Made by a program: the position numbers and the translations under genes
In this document: one piece after another, positions 15,129-24,487 of the stretch
How positions within the stretch are numbered: the first letter of the stretch is position 1
How the letters are laid out: each line of letters begins with the position of its first letter
Notes under the pieces: generated by a model
Seen by the model: only the letters and a program-made list of their open reading frames with translations
Told to the model about the DNA's origin: nothing
Databases searched by the model: none
Source of the DNA: a virus
Strand: one strand, 5' to 3'
Virus record (IMG/VR): IMGVR_UViG_3300011604_000001
Span: 1 to 44,647 of that record
DNA: 44,647 nt

Positions 15129-15944
15129 ATGAAACTAGATAAAAACTACAAAGTACGCGTTACTCCAGAGCAGAGCCGACAAATTCAAGAGCTACTATTC
15201 GATTGTGGTTTTCAGTGGGCTATGACTGGTCAAACCATTCACTCTGACCGAGAAATTATTTTGATTGAGCCAGATAAGTTGCGATTATTAAATGGGGCAA
15301 AAAGTACGCTCAAATTTTACATTGAAATTGCAGCCGATGACCTAATCGCCCTACTCACTGACTTATCGAAATCAGCAGAAACCCCACTACAAAACATTGA
15401 GCTAACGCCTGAGTTTGAAGTGGTAGAGCCGACATTTAAGGTGGGTGATAAGGTTTATTTTCCACGTCTCTCAAAAAAGCTATGTGTAATAGGCGCGGGA
15501 CAAGAAGATGATTATGTGGACGAAATAAACGGCTCGAAAGCACTAGCAGAGATGCAATCGGATTTAGATTTTGTGTATGACCAAAAAACAAATTCATGGT
15601 TATGGGGTGAAAAAGACTGCGCACCACAGTTGCTACATGCAACCCCCGAAAACTACGAACTGCTATGCAAGCTATATCCGCATATCGAGTTTGAACAACC
15701 AGCCAAAGAGCTGAAGGGTAGTGACCTTTGCCGCGCCATGCTAGATAAGGGTTGGAAATATGTGCCTTGTTATGTGAGCAATACAAGCGACAAAAACGCT
15801 GTAGAACTAGATGACTGTGGGGTTATCTATACAGTCAATCACAATGGTAATTTTCAGGATGGTTATGGTGAGACTTGGTGCCATGTCGTCCCTTTTGACC
15901 TACGCACAGGCGAACCCCTAACCGAGGCGGTACTCGATGAATAA
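15129..15944 (+). CDS. Hypothetical protein, 271 aa
   Basis: ORF with GGA RBS. No family recognised. Confidence 0.6.
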   Translation: MKLDKNYKVRVTPEQSRQIQELLFDCGFQWAMTGQTIHSDREIILIEPDKLRLLNGAKSTLKFYIEIAADDLIALLTDLSKSAETPLQNIELTPEFEVVEPTFKVGDKVYFPRLSKKLCVIGAGQEDDYVDEINGSKALAEMQSDLDFVYDQKTNSWLWGEKDCAPQLLHATPENYELLCKLYPHIEFEQPAKELKGSDLCRAMLDKGWKYVPCYVSNTSDKNAVELDDCGVIYTVNHNGNFQDGYGETWCHVVPFDLRTGEPLTEAVLDE

Positions 15945-16363
15945 AAACCGCCAATAGCACCAAAGTTGATGTAATCGTACCATTGCCACATCAAGCCGTG
16001 AGTATTATTAAAGAGGTTATCACCAAAAACAATCCAAATATTTATGTCTTTGAAACCACTAAGCGAAAAAGTGCCACACCAATGGATAGGTCAGCCATGA
16101 GTAAGTTTTTCCCTTTGATTGGCTATAAAGATAAGCATTGTCCGCATGGCTTTCGTGCGTCCGCTAAAACCATACTCGAAGAAGAATTTGAGTATGACCC
16201 TAGATACGTTGAAATGCAGCTAGGTCATGTGGTCAAGGACAGCAACGGCACGGCTTATAATCGCGCTAAATTTATCAAGCAACGTGCCGAAATGCTGCAA
16301 AAATGGGCTGATTGGTTGGATAGTGCAAGGATAAGCCAAGAAAATCTACAAGAAACTGTGTGA
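15941..16363 (+). pseudogene. int: Truncated tyrosine integrase (C-terminal ~135 aa only, P4-int-like)
   Basis: VPLPHQAVSIIKEV...YVFE...HCPHGFRASAKT...LGHVVKDSNGTAYNRAKF carries the HxxR, LGH and catalytic Tyr boxes. The N-terminal arm, core-binding domain and first catalytic Arg are absent. The reading frame opens immediately after the stop of the upstream gene, and there is no ATG. Confidence 0.7.
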
Positions 16364-16366
16364 ATT

Positions 16367-17065
16367 TTACTTTGCAATCAAACAATCTAAAAACTTAACT
16401 GCGTAACCCGCAACCAATTTATCACAGTCCGTACCATTGATGATTTTACGGGCATTGACAAACTCTTGAGTTGTCCCTGTTTTGATACAGCGTGGCAGTG
16501 ACATTCCAGTAAACGCACCTGTTAGCATACCTGTAATCAAGATATTAGCTGCATTTTTTGGCTCAAGTGCCAAGTCAGGATTGTTTGCCAAGTCCACATT
16601 AATCATTTTGCCTAGCTTGATATAGTTATCGAGCCATGTTAATTGGCACGGTCCGCGCCCATAGTACAAATGCGGGTATTCGCTTTGCAGATATACCGCG
16701 CCACTGCCATTGCGTATGCCGTATTTTTGTCCCTTGCTATTGGTAAACCATTGACCGTACTTGCGCGTTTTGCCTTTGCCATACTCTGCGATTGACTGCA
16801 TGGTTTTAGCTGTCTCATGCCACACAGTCGCTAAGATATAAGCCGCAAACAATGGATTTTTAGCGGCTTGATTGGCGTTAATCGCTGCCATGATTGCATT
16901 AAAACCGTTAACCTGTGATTGGGTAAAGCCGCCAAACGCATAGCGCATTTTGTCCCATGAGTAATTAAGTTTTAACTTACTGCTATCAAGTGCTGATTGC
17001 GATTGATTGCCCCAAATACCATCAGCCGTTACGCCTAGCGAGCGTTGTATCTCTTTAACTGACAT
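16367..17065 (-). CDS. Endolysin: PG_binding_1 domain + glycoside hydrolase family 19 (chitinase-like) catalytic domain
   Basis: IQRSLGVTADGIWGNQSQSAL is a peptidoglycan-binding repeat. WHETAKTMQSIAEYG and YYGRGPCQLTWLDNY are GH19 signatures. Confidence 0.85.
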   Translation of the reverse strand: MSVKEIQRSLGVTADGIWGNQSQSALDSSKLKLNYSWDKMRYAFGGFTQSQVNGFNAIMAAINANQAAKNPLFAAYILATVWHETAKTMQSIAEYGKGKTRKYGQWFTNSKGQKYGIRNGSGAVYLQSEYPHLYYGRGPCQLTWLDNYIKLGKMINVDLANNPDLALEPKNAANILITGMLTGAFTGMSLPRCIKTGTTQEFVNARKIINGTDCDKLVAGYAVKFLDCLIAK

Positions 17066-17077
17066 TTTGCCACTCCA

Positions 17078-17102
17078 TAAAAAAACCGCCTTATTTGGCG
17101 GT
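17078..17102 (-). terminator. Intrinsic terminator-like hairpin just upstream of the endolysin gene
   Basis: accgcc ttattt ggcggt. On the minus strand it is followed by TTTTTTTAT. Confidence 0.55.
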
Positions 17103-17342
17103 GTGGTTTTTGATAATGATGTTAATCGTAATGATGAGTATCAGGCATCGCACAATTACTGTCCAAATCACTGGCTCAAAACCAGTGAAGTCCGCAAGGG
17201 CAAGCAGTAGATAAATTGCAACAAATAAAACAAAGTTAAGCACATTGATGCGCGTTGCAGTGCAAACTTTGTGTGATAGCAGTGCGTAAGTGCAAATAAC
17301 CAACCCAACATAGGGGACAGCATCATTGATAAAATCAATCAT
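17091..17342 (-). CDS. Small multi-pass membrane protein (holin/antiholin candidate), 83 aa
   Basis: Three hydrophobic segments, located between a larger membrane protein and the endolysin. Confidence 0.5.
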   Translation of the reverse strand: MIDFINDAVPYVGLVICTYALLSHKVCTATRINVLNFVLFVAIYLLLALADFTGFEPVIWTVIVRCLILIITINIIIKNHTAK

Positions 17343-17824
17343 TTAGCACCCCCAAAAAAGGTTGCAATGCTTTTAAACTTACTGATTAAAAACTGCTTAA
17401 CCGTGTCTTTAACCGCATCTAACAACTCTTTATCGCCAAGCAGCTCAAAGATTAAATGCAGTAAAATTGTGCCAGCTAAGCCGCCAAAGAACGCAGTTAT
17501 CATCAAGAAAAGTACACTCGGCGTGCTCACTGCCACGGGCAGTATCAAAAATGTGATGACAAGCCCGGAAAGCATGGCAGTTGCAACTTTTGACCACTGA
17601 CTACTATCCAACTTTTTAACAAAATCGACACGTAGCGATAGCAGTGCGCCCATAAAACAAAGTACGATTGATGCTATCAAAAAATACTTGTACTCGATTT
17701 GCAGCCCTAGATATTCGTGCGGCGTTGATAGCTGTATCGCTATACTGACGCCGCTTGCCACTGTACTAGCTGCAGCTAATACAGCAGACTGCGCAATTTT
17801 TATTGCGATGAGATTTTGCGGCAT
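17339..17824 (-). CDS. Multi-pass membrane protein (holin candidate), 161 aa
   Basis: Four hydrophobic helices and a charged C-terminus. First gene of the lysis cassette. Confidence 0.5.
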   Translation of the reverse strand: MPQNLIAIKIAQSAVLAAASTVASGVSIAIQLSTPHEYLGLQIEYKYFLIASIVLCFMGALLSLRVDFVKKLDSSQWSKVATAMLSGLVITFLILPVAVSTPSVLFLMITAFFGGLAGTILLHLIFELLGDKELLDAVKDTVKQFLISKFKSIATFFGGAK

Positions 17825-17838
17825 ATTGCCCCCTTAAA

Positions 17839-17863
17839 TAAAAAACCTAGCTTAATTGCTAGG
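17839..17863 (-). terminator. Intrinsic terminator-like hairpin between the tail and lysis genes
   Basis: cctagc ttaatt gctagg. On the minus strand it is followed by TTTTTTAT. Confidence 0.55.
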
Positions 17864-18040
17864 TTTGTCGTTCCACTGATTGTTATACCAATACCACGTT
17901 TCATGGAAAGATGGCGGTGATTGTAGCGTGTAGTTAAGATTTTCTATCTCCACAGCCAACATCAAGCTATCTACATCGCCGATTCGCTGGTTTCTATATG
18001 AACAATCTTCGTTTAATACGTAAATAGATATACTTGACAT
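17852..18040 (-). CDS. Hypothetical small protein downstream of J, 62 aa
   Basis: ORF coupled to the stop of J. It has a Trp-rich C-terminus, PPSFHETWYWYNNQW. Confidence 0.5.
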   Translation of the reverse strand: MSSISIYVLNEDCSYRNQRIGDVDSLMLAVEIENLNYTLQSPPSFHETWYWYNNQWNDKPSN

Positions 18041-18041
18041 A

Positions 18042-21000
18042 TTACCGCTTTAACCCCGTCACTTTGAAGAAATATCCTTGTGAGCCGATTTTAGCCCCTT
18101 TACTAGTAACCTTGATATGTATTTTAGAGATATCTGTACCTGTAGCAACTGAAAAAGGGAAAAACATACTTGGATAATAACCAAACGTACCTGTTAAACT
18201 CCAAGAACCTTTTACCACATCATTTACATAACACTCCACAAGAAAACTACCTGAACCTTCAGGGTTACAACTAATTAAACTAAATTCAATTGCCACTACC
18301 ACTCCACCTGTATAGAGATAAATAGCATCTGTATTTGCACTTGTTTTAGCATCAAAAAAAGTTGTCTGTGTAACTGCTGATGTTACAGTTACAGCCTGTC
18401 CTCTGAGATTAAGCGTGTCAATTTCTGCAGTTCCGATATTAACGCTCTTAATCTCACCTTGACCAATTTTTGCACTCGTAATAGTTGCGTCCGCTATTTT
18501 AGCAACATCAATCGAGCCGTTATGTATGTATGCTGACTTGATATAAGTACCTGCGGGGACGACCGTACCATTGATGGTTTGGCTAGACGTTAGCACCATA
18601 AATGGGCTGTCACCTTTGCCTGTGCCATCAGGCGGTGCGATATAAAACTTGTCTGCACGGATGGCAAAATCAGACTGCGTACTACTGCTCGCTAAACCAA
18701 AGCCACTCACGCGCCCATTCACATCAGTTTTGACCGTGTATTGAGTGTTTAAGCCATCTATTGACTTCTGCTGCGTTTGTATGCTTGCCGTGTTGTTACC
18801 AACTGTTGATTGCACTGTATCAATGCGTGACGATAATGCACTATCCCCATCCGCACGCGCGGTTTGCTCACTAGCGATAGCAGCGGCATTACTATCTGCC
18901 TTAGCAATTACCGTATCAATGCGTTTGCCAAGCGCACCATCCGCATCAGCTCGTGCTTTTTGCTCAGATTGTACCGCAGCATTAGCAGTGTTAGCCGCTG
19001 ATTGAGCGTTATCCGCCTTGTTAACGGCGGTATTAGCGGTACTTTGTGCGGTATTGACCGATACTTGCAGCCCACTGATTGATGACGCTTGGCTACTTGT
19101 GGCGTTTGATAGCGTGGATAGCTGATTATTTACAGATGCCTTGTTGCCCTGATAATCGCTATTTAAGCTATCAATACGCTGAGATAGTGCGCTATCCGCA
19201 TTAATCATAGCTGTGTTCAACGTACTAATAGCTGCGGTGTTACCATTCATTGACACGTTTAACGCATCAATACGCTGACCCAATGCAGTGTCATCTTCAA
19301 TACGCGCTGATATTTCAGACCATACGCCTACCATTATGCTATCATTGCCCGCTAATTCGCTATCGCTACCTGCCAGCGGTGGGTTAACTTGAGCAAACAC
19401 ACCATCTAACTTACTCGATGCGATATTTAGCTTGTCATTAATGTTGGTGACTTGCGTTTGTGTTTCGCTTAACGCTTGAGCAGATGCCTTAAGATTAAGC
19501 TGTGGATTGACATAATCGGCTTTAAATTTCTCGATGCCGTTTGCAATCACGGTATCAGACTGCGCTTTAGTGTAGTAATTATCCATAATAAGGCTGATAT
19601 TGCCGCCTTGTGCCGCTTGGATAATATCTACACGCTGAGCGAGCGCGGTTAGTTGGTCAGCTTGCGTCTTATTCTCAGTTTGGATAGCAGCAAGACTATT
19701 ACCCCAATTTGACGAGACATTATCAATGCGGATACCAAGCGCGGTATCACCCTCGATGCGTGCTGATTGCTCAGACCAAACACCCACAAATACTGTATCA
19801 TCACCAGCCATGCCACTATCGCCAGCCATAGCAGGGTTTACCTGTGCATAAACACCATCAATACGCTGGGCATTAACGCTGTCGCCATCAGCGCGCGCCT
19901 GTTGCTCAGACTGTATCAATGCCGTATTGCTGCTTGTCGCGGCTGACACGGTATCGATGCGGCTTGATAATGCATTATCTGCCGATGTGCGAGCGTTTTG
20001 CTCACTGACGATTGCCGATGTGTTATTGTCAGTTTTAGCAACAACGGTATCAATACGAGATGACAGCGCACTGTCCGCATTAGCACGTGCAGTTTGCTCA
20101 CTGACAATCAAGGCTTTGTTGTCATTAGCGGTTGCAGCCACGGTGTCAATACGTTTGCTTAGTGCGCTATCATTATCAGCACGCGTCTGCTGTTCGCTTT
20201 GTATTAACGCGCTATTTGCTACTGCCATCGACACTGCGTTATCTGCCGTGCCTTGTGCCGCATCTGCCTTGTTAACACCTGTATTGGCGGTGCTTTGCGC
20301 TGTGCTAACAGATGACTGTAATGTATTGATAGATGACGCCTGTGAGCTGCTGGCATCACTAAGCGTTTTTAACTGCATATTAATGGTTGCTTTGTTGCCT
20401 TGATAATCTGTGTTGAGATTATCAATTCGACTTGCTAACGCTTTATCTGCATCAACCAATACTTGATTGTTGGTATAGATTGTTGCCGCGTTATTATTAA
20501 CACTAGCTGACAACACATCAATACGTTGACCTAATGCAGTATCATTTTCAATCCTTGCGGATTGCTCAGACCAAACACCCACAAATACTGTATCATCACC
20601 AGCCATGCCACTATCGCCAGCCATAGCAGGGTTTACCTGTGCATAAACACCATCTATGCGCCTTGTGTTGATAGTATCGCCATCAATGCGAGATTGCGCT
20701 TCATTTTGGATAAGCGTTTGTGTATCGCCAATCGCTTTTTTCCTATCAGTTACTTCTTTAGCGATATCATTGTTTGTTTGGCTGATATTGTTTTGTATGA
20801 CATTATCCGCATTCAAGCGATTTTGCACCTCAGCTGATAGCGCGTCATTGACGTTTTTAACCGCTGCTTGTCGCTCAGTGATTTCAGCAGTTATAGCCGC
20901 TTGTCGCTCAGTGATTTCTTTGTTAATAGCTTCATTTGTACTTTTAATTGCGTTTAGTCTATTTTGCACCTCAGCTGATAGCGCGTCATTGATACTCTTA

Positions 21001-23594
21001 ACAGCATTTGTGCGGTCAGTGATTTCATTGCTCAATCCATTTTCAATCGTAGCGATTTTATCAATCTTTGCGCCTAAATCTTTGTAAAGCTGTGACTCGG
21101 TGATTTGACCGTTGAGCAAGTCAAGCACTTTTTGGGCGTCAGCACTAGTTACGCCTTTTACCCAAGCCGTCCACGGTGATACATTGCCCAATTTATCAAC
21201 GATACGACCACGATAATATTGCGTTAAATTACCCTGTAAACCGTTAATTGTCGCTGTATTAGTTGGGTAAGCATAAGTGCCTAATAGTGCGACATTGGTA
21301 TCGGGCGCACTTGCCACTTGTATCTCAGTGTAGTTAGTGTCGCTTGAGCCTTGAGCAAATAGCCAATCTAGCTGCATACCAAATAAAATACCTGTGGCTT
21401 TAAGACTTGCAAGGCTTGGCGGTGTGCCTAATTTACCGACAACTGCCGTAAGCATAGAGGTTTTTGGCATCGACTGTAAGTCATACGCATTGACAGCCGT
21501 TACACGCGCTAAATAGTTGCCCGCATACACCCCTTCAACATCGACTGACAAGCCGCCTTGTGGTGCAAGTTTGACCCAGTTACCATCATCTCTTTTAAAC
21601 TCGACAATATAGCTAACCGCATCTTTAACCTGCGTCCAGCCGATAGTCATTGTGACAACAGTTTGCCCTTGAATTTGTCGCTCAAATTGACTGATAGCCA
21701 CCGCTTCGGGTGCAGCAACGATATTAGGCTCAACAACGCTGACTCTTTGCGGCTGCACATACGCACCACTATCGACAGCCGCGTATTTTTGCGGCTCGTG
21801 TTGTATGGCAGTAATGGTGTGGGTTAAATCATCGTTTTGCTTAATTGAGATGATTTTAAATAGCATTAGGCGCAAATTAGGACTATCAATCGCCCATATA
21901 TGTTGCACTTCGGGCTTGTCAAATGCTACAGACACGGTAATATCTGCGCCATTAATCGCGCTGATAGTTTGACGCTCTGCCACGCCATCGCTATTGTTAA
22001 TGACAAGCGTATCGCCAACATTTGCCGTAACCGCTCTATCTAACGTGATAGTTTTTTTATCGCCACTAATCGCAACAATACGCCCACCATTTGCGCGACC
22101 TGCAAACACTTCGTCACTAATGGCAATAATCGCGCTAGGCTTGATACGCTCAAGCATACCGTCTAAACCGATACTAAAGCTAACTTGACGGTCTTCTAGT
22201 TGCTCAGATTTTAATGCCCACAGTCCCGCACGTTGTGCCTGACCTTGTGATGTGCAGCCCATCATATTAATGTCTAGCTGATTGATACCATATTTTGCAA
22301 TGGCGTATTCATCACGCACAGGCTCATATTCGGTTTTAAAATCATTTTTTGGGTTATCCCATGCCACCTTAGCAACTGTGTGTCTATCACGCGCACGAGT
22401 GCCAGTGTAGTTAAAAATACCATCGACCACATTTGCACGGCTAAAGGTATAAACAGGCGTTTGCGGTGCGTCCATCGCAACTGTGACTTGCTCACCGTTC
22501 CAGTATGCCATGCCACGAAAGATAGATGATAGGCTTTGCAGTACGGTAAATGCGTCTTGTTGTGACTGTAGATAGACGTTGACAGCAAAGCGCGGCTCTT
22601 GACCGCCTAAGCCGTCACTGACCATCTCATCACAATAACGTGCGATTTGATACAATGCCCACTTATCAAGCATGGACGCATCTAAACGTCTGCCAAGACC
22701 ATACCGCCAATTTAGGCATAAGTCATAAAACACCCACGCAGGGTTATTTGAGTAAGCTGTTTTAAACGTACCATCCCAAATACCGTTATAGGTGCGACCT
22801 ACAGGGTCATAGTTGCTAGGGATTTTTAATAGCTTGCCACGACAACGCACTGCCAATTTAGCGATATTTGAAAAAGTGCGAGCGTCATACTGAATACCAA
22901 GCATGGCAGTATTAGGATATGCCAATTTAACGTCAATAATCTCGGTGATTGCTTCAATGCTCATGGCATTAGACAATAAATCACTGGTGCTATCGGGCGT
23001 AATGCGCGTCACTTTGACTAACCAGCCATTTTTAGCTTTAGGTAAGTCAATACGATGGCTGCGCTCATATTTAGCCGAAGTTTTAGCCGTGACATCACCA
23101 TCAATGACGGTTTGATATGCACCGTTATCCGTCATTAAATCAATGCGATATTTGACGGTTGTGCCTGTGATATCGCCATTGGTTTTTTGGTTTCGCAACG
23201 CCCCAAACGACACGCGAACGACAATAGCGGATAGATTGATATCGTTAATTTGCTTAACGTAAGGTGTGGCTTGTCTTAGTTGCACGCCAACAGGCTTTTC
23301 ATTGGCAACATCGGGAAAGCCTTGTATATAATCTTGGTTATTTGAGCCGCTACGAAAATCCCATTTGACTGCTAGTTTTTCTTTATCGTCAACAAAGTTT
23401 GGCTGTCCTGCGTCATTGAGCAGTGGCGTATCATCTAGTTTGATTGACTTTGCGCCATCAACTAAGCCACTTATTTCACCTTCTGCCAAGCCATACAGGA
23501 TTTTAGCGGTTGAGATGGATGCAAGGCTGTCTTTTTCTATTTTTGGCTGTCTTGGTTTGCTGCCGCCACCGAGCAATTTACTCAAAAAACTCAT
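18042..23594 (-). CDS. Tail tip / host-specificity protein (lambda gpJ-like N-terminal ~800 aa) with a ~900-aa repeat-rich coiled-coil extension and a C-terminal beta-rich domain
   Basis: It follows the M-L-K-I homologues. The N-terminus has a gpJ-like layout. The repeated motif ALSSRIDTV-x7-SEQxARAxAD occurs more than 10 times. There are three copies of VYAQVNPAMAGDSGMAGDDTVFVGVWSEQSARIE-like modules. Confidence 0.85.
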   Translation of the reverse strand: MSFLSKLLGGGSKPRQPKIEKDSLASISTAKILYGLAEGEISGLVDGAKSIKLDDTPLLNDAGQPNFVDDKEKLAVKWDFRSGSNNQDYIQGFPDVANEKPVGVQLRQATPYVKQINDINLSAIVVRVSFGALRNQKTNGDITGTTVKYRIDLMTDNGAYQTVIDGDVTAKTSAKYERSHRIDLPKAKNGWLVKVTRITPDSTSDLLSNAMSIEAITEIIDVKLAYPNTAMLGIQYDARTFSNIAKLAVRCRGKLLKIPSNYDPVGRTYNGIWDGTFKTAYSNNPAWVFYDLCLNWRYGLGRRLDASMLDKWALYQIARYCDEMVSDGLGGQEPRFAVNVYLQSQQDAFTVLQSLSSIFRGMAYWNGEQVTVAMDAPQTPVYTFSRANVVDGIFNYTGTRARDRHTVAKVAWDNPKNDFKTEYEPVRDEYAIAKYGINQLDINMMGCTSQGQAQRAGLWALKSEQLEDRQVSFSIGLDGMLERIKPSAIIAISDEVFAGRANGGRIVAISGDKKTITLDRAVTANVGDTLVINNSDGVAERQTISAINGADITVSVAFDKPEVQHIWAIDSPNLRLMLFKIISIKQNDDLTHTITAIQHEPQKYAAVDSGAYVQPQRVSVVEPNIVAAPEAVAISQFERQIQGQTVVTMTIGWTQVKDAVSYIVEFKRDDGNWVKLAPQGGLSVDVEGVYAGNYLARVTAVNAYDLQSMPKTSMLTAVVGKLGTPPSLASLKATGILFGMQLDWLFAQGSSDTNYTEIQVASAPDTNVALLGTYAYPTNTATINGLQGNLTQYYRGRIVDKLGNVSPWTAWVKGVTSADAQKVLDLLNGQITESQLYKDLGAKIDKIATIENGLSNEITDRTNAVKSINDALSAEVQNRLNAIKSTNEAINKEITERQAAITAEITERQAAVKNVNDALSAEVQNRLNADNVIQNNISQTNNDIAKEVTDRKKAIGDTQTLIQNEAQSRIDGDTINTRRIDGVYAQVNPAMAGDSGMAGDDTVFVGVWSEQSARIENDTALGQRIDVLSASVNNNAATIYTNNQVLVDADKALASRIDNLNTDYQGNKATINMQLKTLSDASSSQASSINTLQSSVSTAQSTANTGVNKADAAQGTADNAVSMAVANSALIQSEQQTRADNDSALSKRIDTVAATANDNKALIVSEQTARANADSALSSRIDTVVAKTDNNTSAIVSEQNARTSADNALSSRIDTVSAATSSNTALIQSEQQARADGDSVNAQRIDGVYAQVNPAMAGDSGMAGDDTVFVGVWSEQSARIEGDTALGIRIDNVSSNWGNSLAAIQTENKTQADQLTALAQRVDIIQAAQGGNISLIMDNYYTKAQSDTVIANGIEKFKADYVNPQLNLKASAQALSETQTQVTNINDKLNIASSKLDGVFAQVNPPLAGSDSELAGNDSIMVGVWSEISARIEDDTALGQRIDALNVSMNGNTAAISTLNTAMINADSALSQRIDSLNSDYQGNKASVNNQLSTLSNATSSQASSISGLQVSVNTAQSTANTAVNKADNAQSAANTANAAVQSEQKARADADGALGKRIDTVIAKADSNAAAIASEQTARADGDSALSSRIDTVQSTVGNNTASIQTQQKSIDGLNTQYTVKTDVNGRVSGFGLASSSTQSDFAIRADKFYIAPPDGTGKGDSPFMVLTSSQTINGTVVPAGTYIKSAYIHNGSIDVAKIADATITSAKIGQGEIKSVNIGTAEIDTLNLRGQAVTVTSAVTQTTFFDAKTSANTDAIYLYTGGVVVAIEFSLISCNPEGSGSFLVECYVNDVVKGSWSLTGTFGYYPSMFFPFSVATGTDISKIHIKVTSKGAKIGSQGYFFKVTGLKR
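19765..19859. repeat. 95-bp perfect direct repeat, copy 1 (inside the J gene)
   Basis: Identical base for base to 20560-20654. The offset is 795 bp, which is in frame. Confidence 0.95.
20560..20654. repeat. 95-bp perfect direct repeat, copy 2 (inside the J gene)
   Basis: Identical to 19765-19859. Confidence 0.95.
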
Positions 23595-23596
23595 GC

Positions 23597-24175
23597 TTAC
23601 CCCTTGTCATCCTCGCTATAAATACCTGCACTGGCATAAAATCCGCCAATATCCCGCTCACCGTAAAGTATCGGCACAGGGTTGCCCTGCGCCACGGTAG
23701 TAACCGCCCCACCAAATCCTTTATTTGCCCTATTGCCGTCTCGGTCTTGATTGTCAAGTGTTGGTGTTGGCATCAAAAGCCCTGCAATACCGCCAACCAT
23801 TAGCCCGATACCTGCACCTGTCAAGGCTGTTGTCGTTGCAACTGCCCAGCCTAATGGATTAAGCATACCCACACCGATTAAGATAGCCCCCGCTACCAAC
23901 TGAAAAATATCGCCCAAGCCGCTACCGATTAGACGCGGCACAATATGGATAACTTCGGCATCGGTGATACAATCAATATCATCTACCGATAAGTTATCGT
24001 CATCAGCAAAGACCGCAAACGCCATGCCGTTATCTTCGCTATCTAGCATAAACTGGCGAAATTCGGGCAACTGACAGCCTAGCGCATAGGTCGCTTCATG
24101 GGCTGTCTGCACATCAAGGGTAAAGTATTGACCGAATTTGTCACGCAATACGCCATGCAGCTCAATAATTTTCAT
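23597..24175 (-). CDS. Tail assembly protein I (lambda gpI-like)
   Basis: Gly-rich hydrophobic segment GSGLGDIFQLVAGAILIGVG...GAGIGLMVGGIAGLL. It lies between the K and J homologues. The start chosen is MKIIELHG. Confidence 0.75.
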   Translation of the reverse strand: MKIIELHGVLRDKFGQYFTLDVQTAHEATYALGCQLPEFRQFMLDSEDNGMAFAVFADDDNLSVDDIDCITDAEVIHIVPRLIGSGLGDIFQLVAGAILIGVGMLNPLGWAVATTTALTGAGIGLMVGGIAGLLMPTPTLDNQDRDGNRANKGFGGAVTTVAQGNPVPILYGERDIGGFYASAGIYSEDDKG

Positions 24176-24479
24176 AAATACTAAACTCCCCGTCACTACC
24201 CACAATCACCCACGGCTTTTTGTGATAACTCATCTGTATAATATCCATCGGTGACGCTTCACTTGTCCCCTGTGGGTGACTATGCACAATCGCTTGTATT
24301 TCGCCCAGACGTTCAGCGTTTACCGTGTCTTTTGGGTCAATCTCAAAACTGCCATCATCAGTGCTAATATTTCGACATGGCACATAAGCATTAGAAACGA
24401 TAAAGCCGCAACATTCGCGCGGCTTTTCTTGGTTGGCATGGTTAATGATTGCTTGTTTGAGTTTTTTAGTGAGTTTCAT
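24162..24479 (-). CDS. gpK-like MPN/JAB-domain tail protein (lacks the NlpC/P60 half of lambda K)
   Basis: ECCGFIVSN...AIVHSHPQGTSEASPMD parallels lambda K ESCGFVVS...ALVHSHPGG. The protein is only 105 aa. Confidence 0.75.
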   Translation of the reverse strand: MKLTKKLKQAIINHANQEKPRECCGFIVSNAYVPCRNISTDDGSFEIDPKDTVNAERLGEIQAIVHSHPQGTSEASPMDIIQMSYHKKPWVIVGSDGEFSIYENY

Positions 24480-24487
24480 GATTACCC

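Noticed and set aside
16363-17342. Search for an Rz/Rz1-type spanin embedded in or following the endolysin gene
   Set aside because: I saw no nested ORF with a lipobox and no downstream space. The absence is reported as an observation, not as a feature.
19300-21000. Regularly spaced repeats in J (and in the TMP 5' region) as a possible CRISPR array or non-coding tandem array
   Set aside because: The repeats are in frame within long ORFs, vary in length and sequence like protein repeats, and lack the repeat-spacer regularity of CRISPR. No cas genes are present.
18745-21087. Long plus-strand ORFs (18745-19005, 19927-20403, 20562-20837, 20656-21087) antisense to the J gene
   Set aside because: They lie opposite the low-complexity Ala/Ser/Asp repeat region of a clearly homologous 1850-aa gene. 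Their translations are Leu/Ser/Ala/Cys-rich nonsense with no RBS, so they are a codon-composition artefact.
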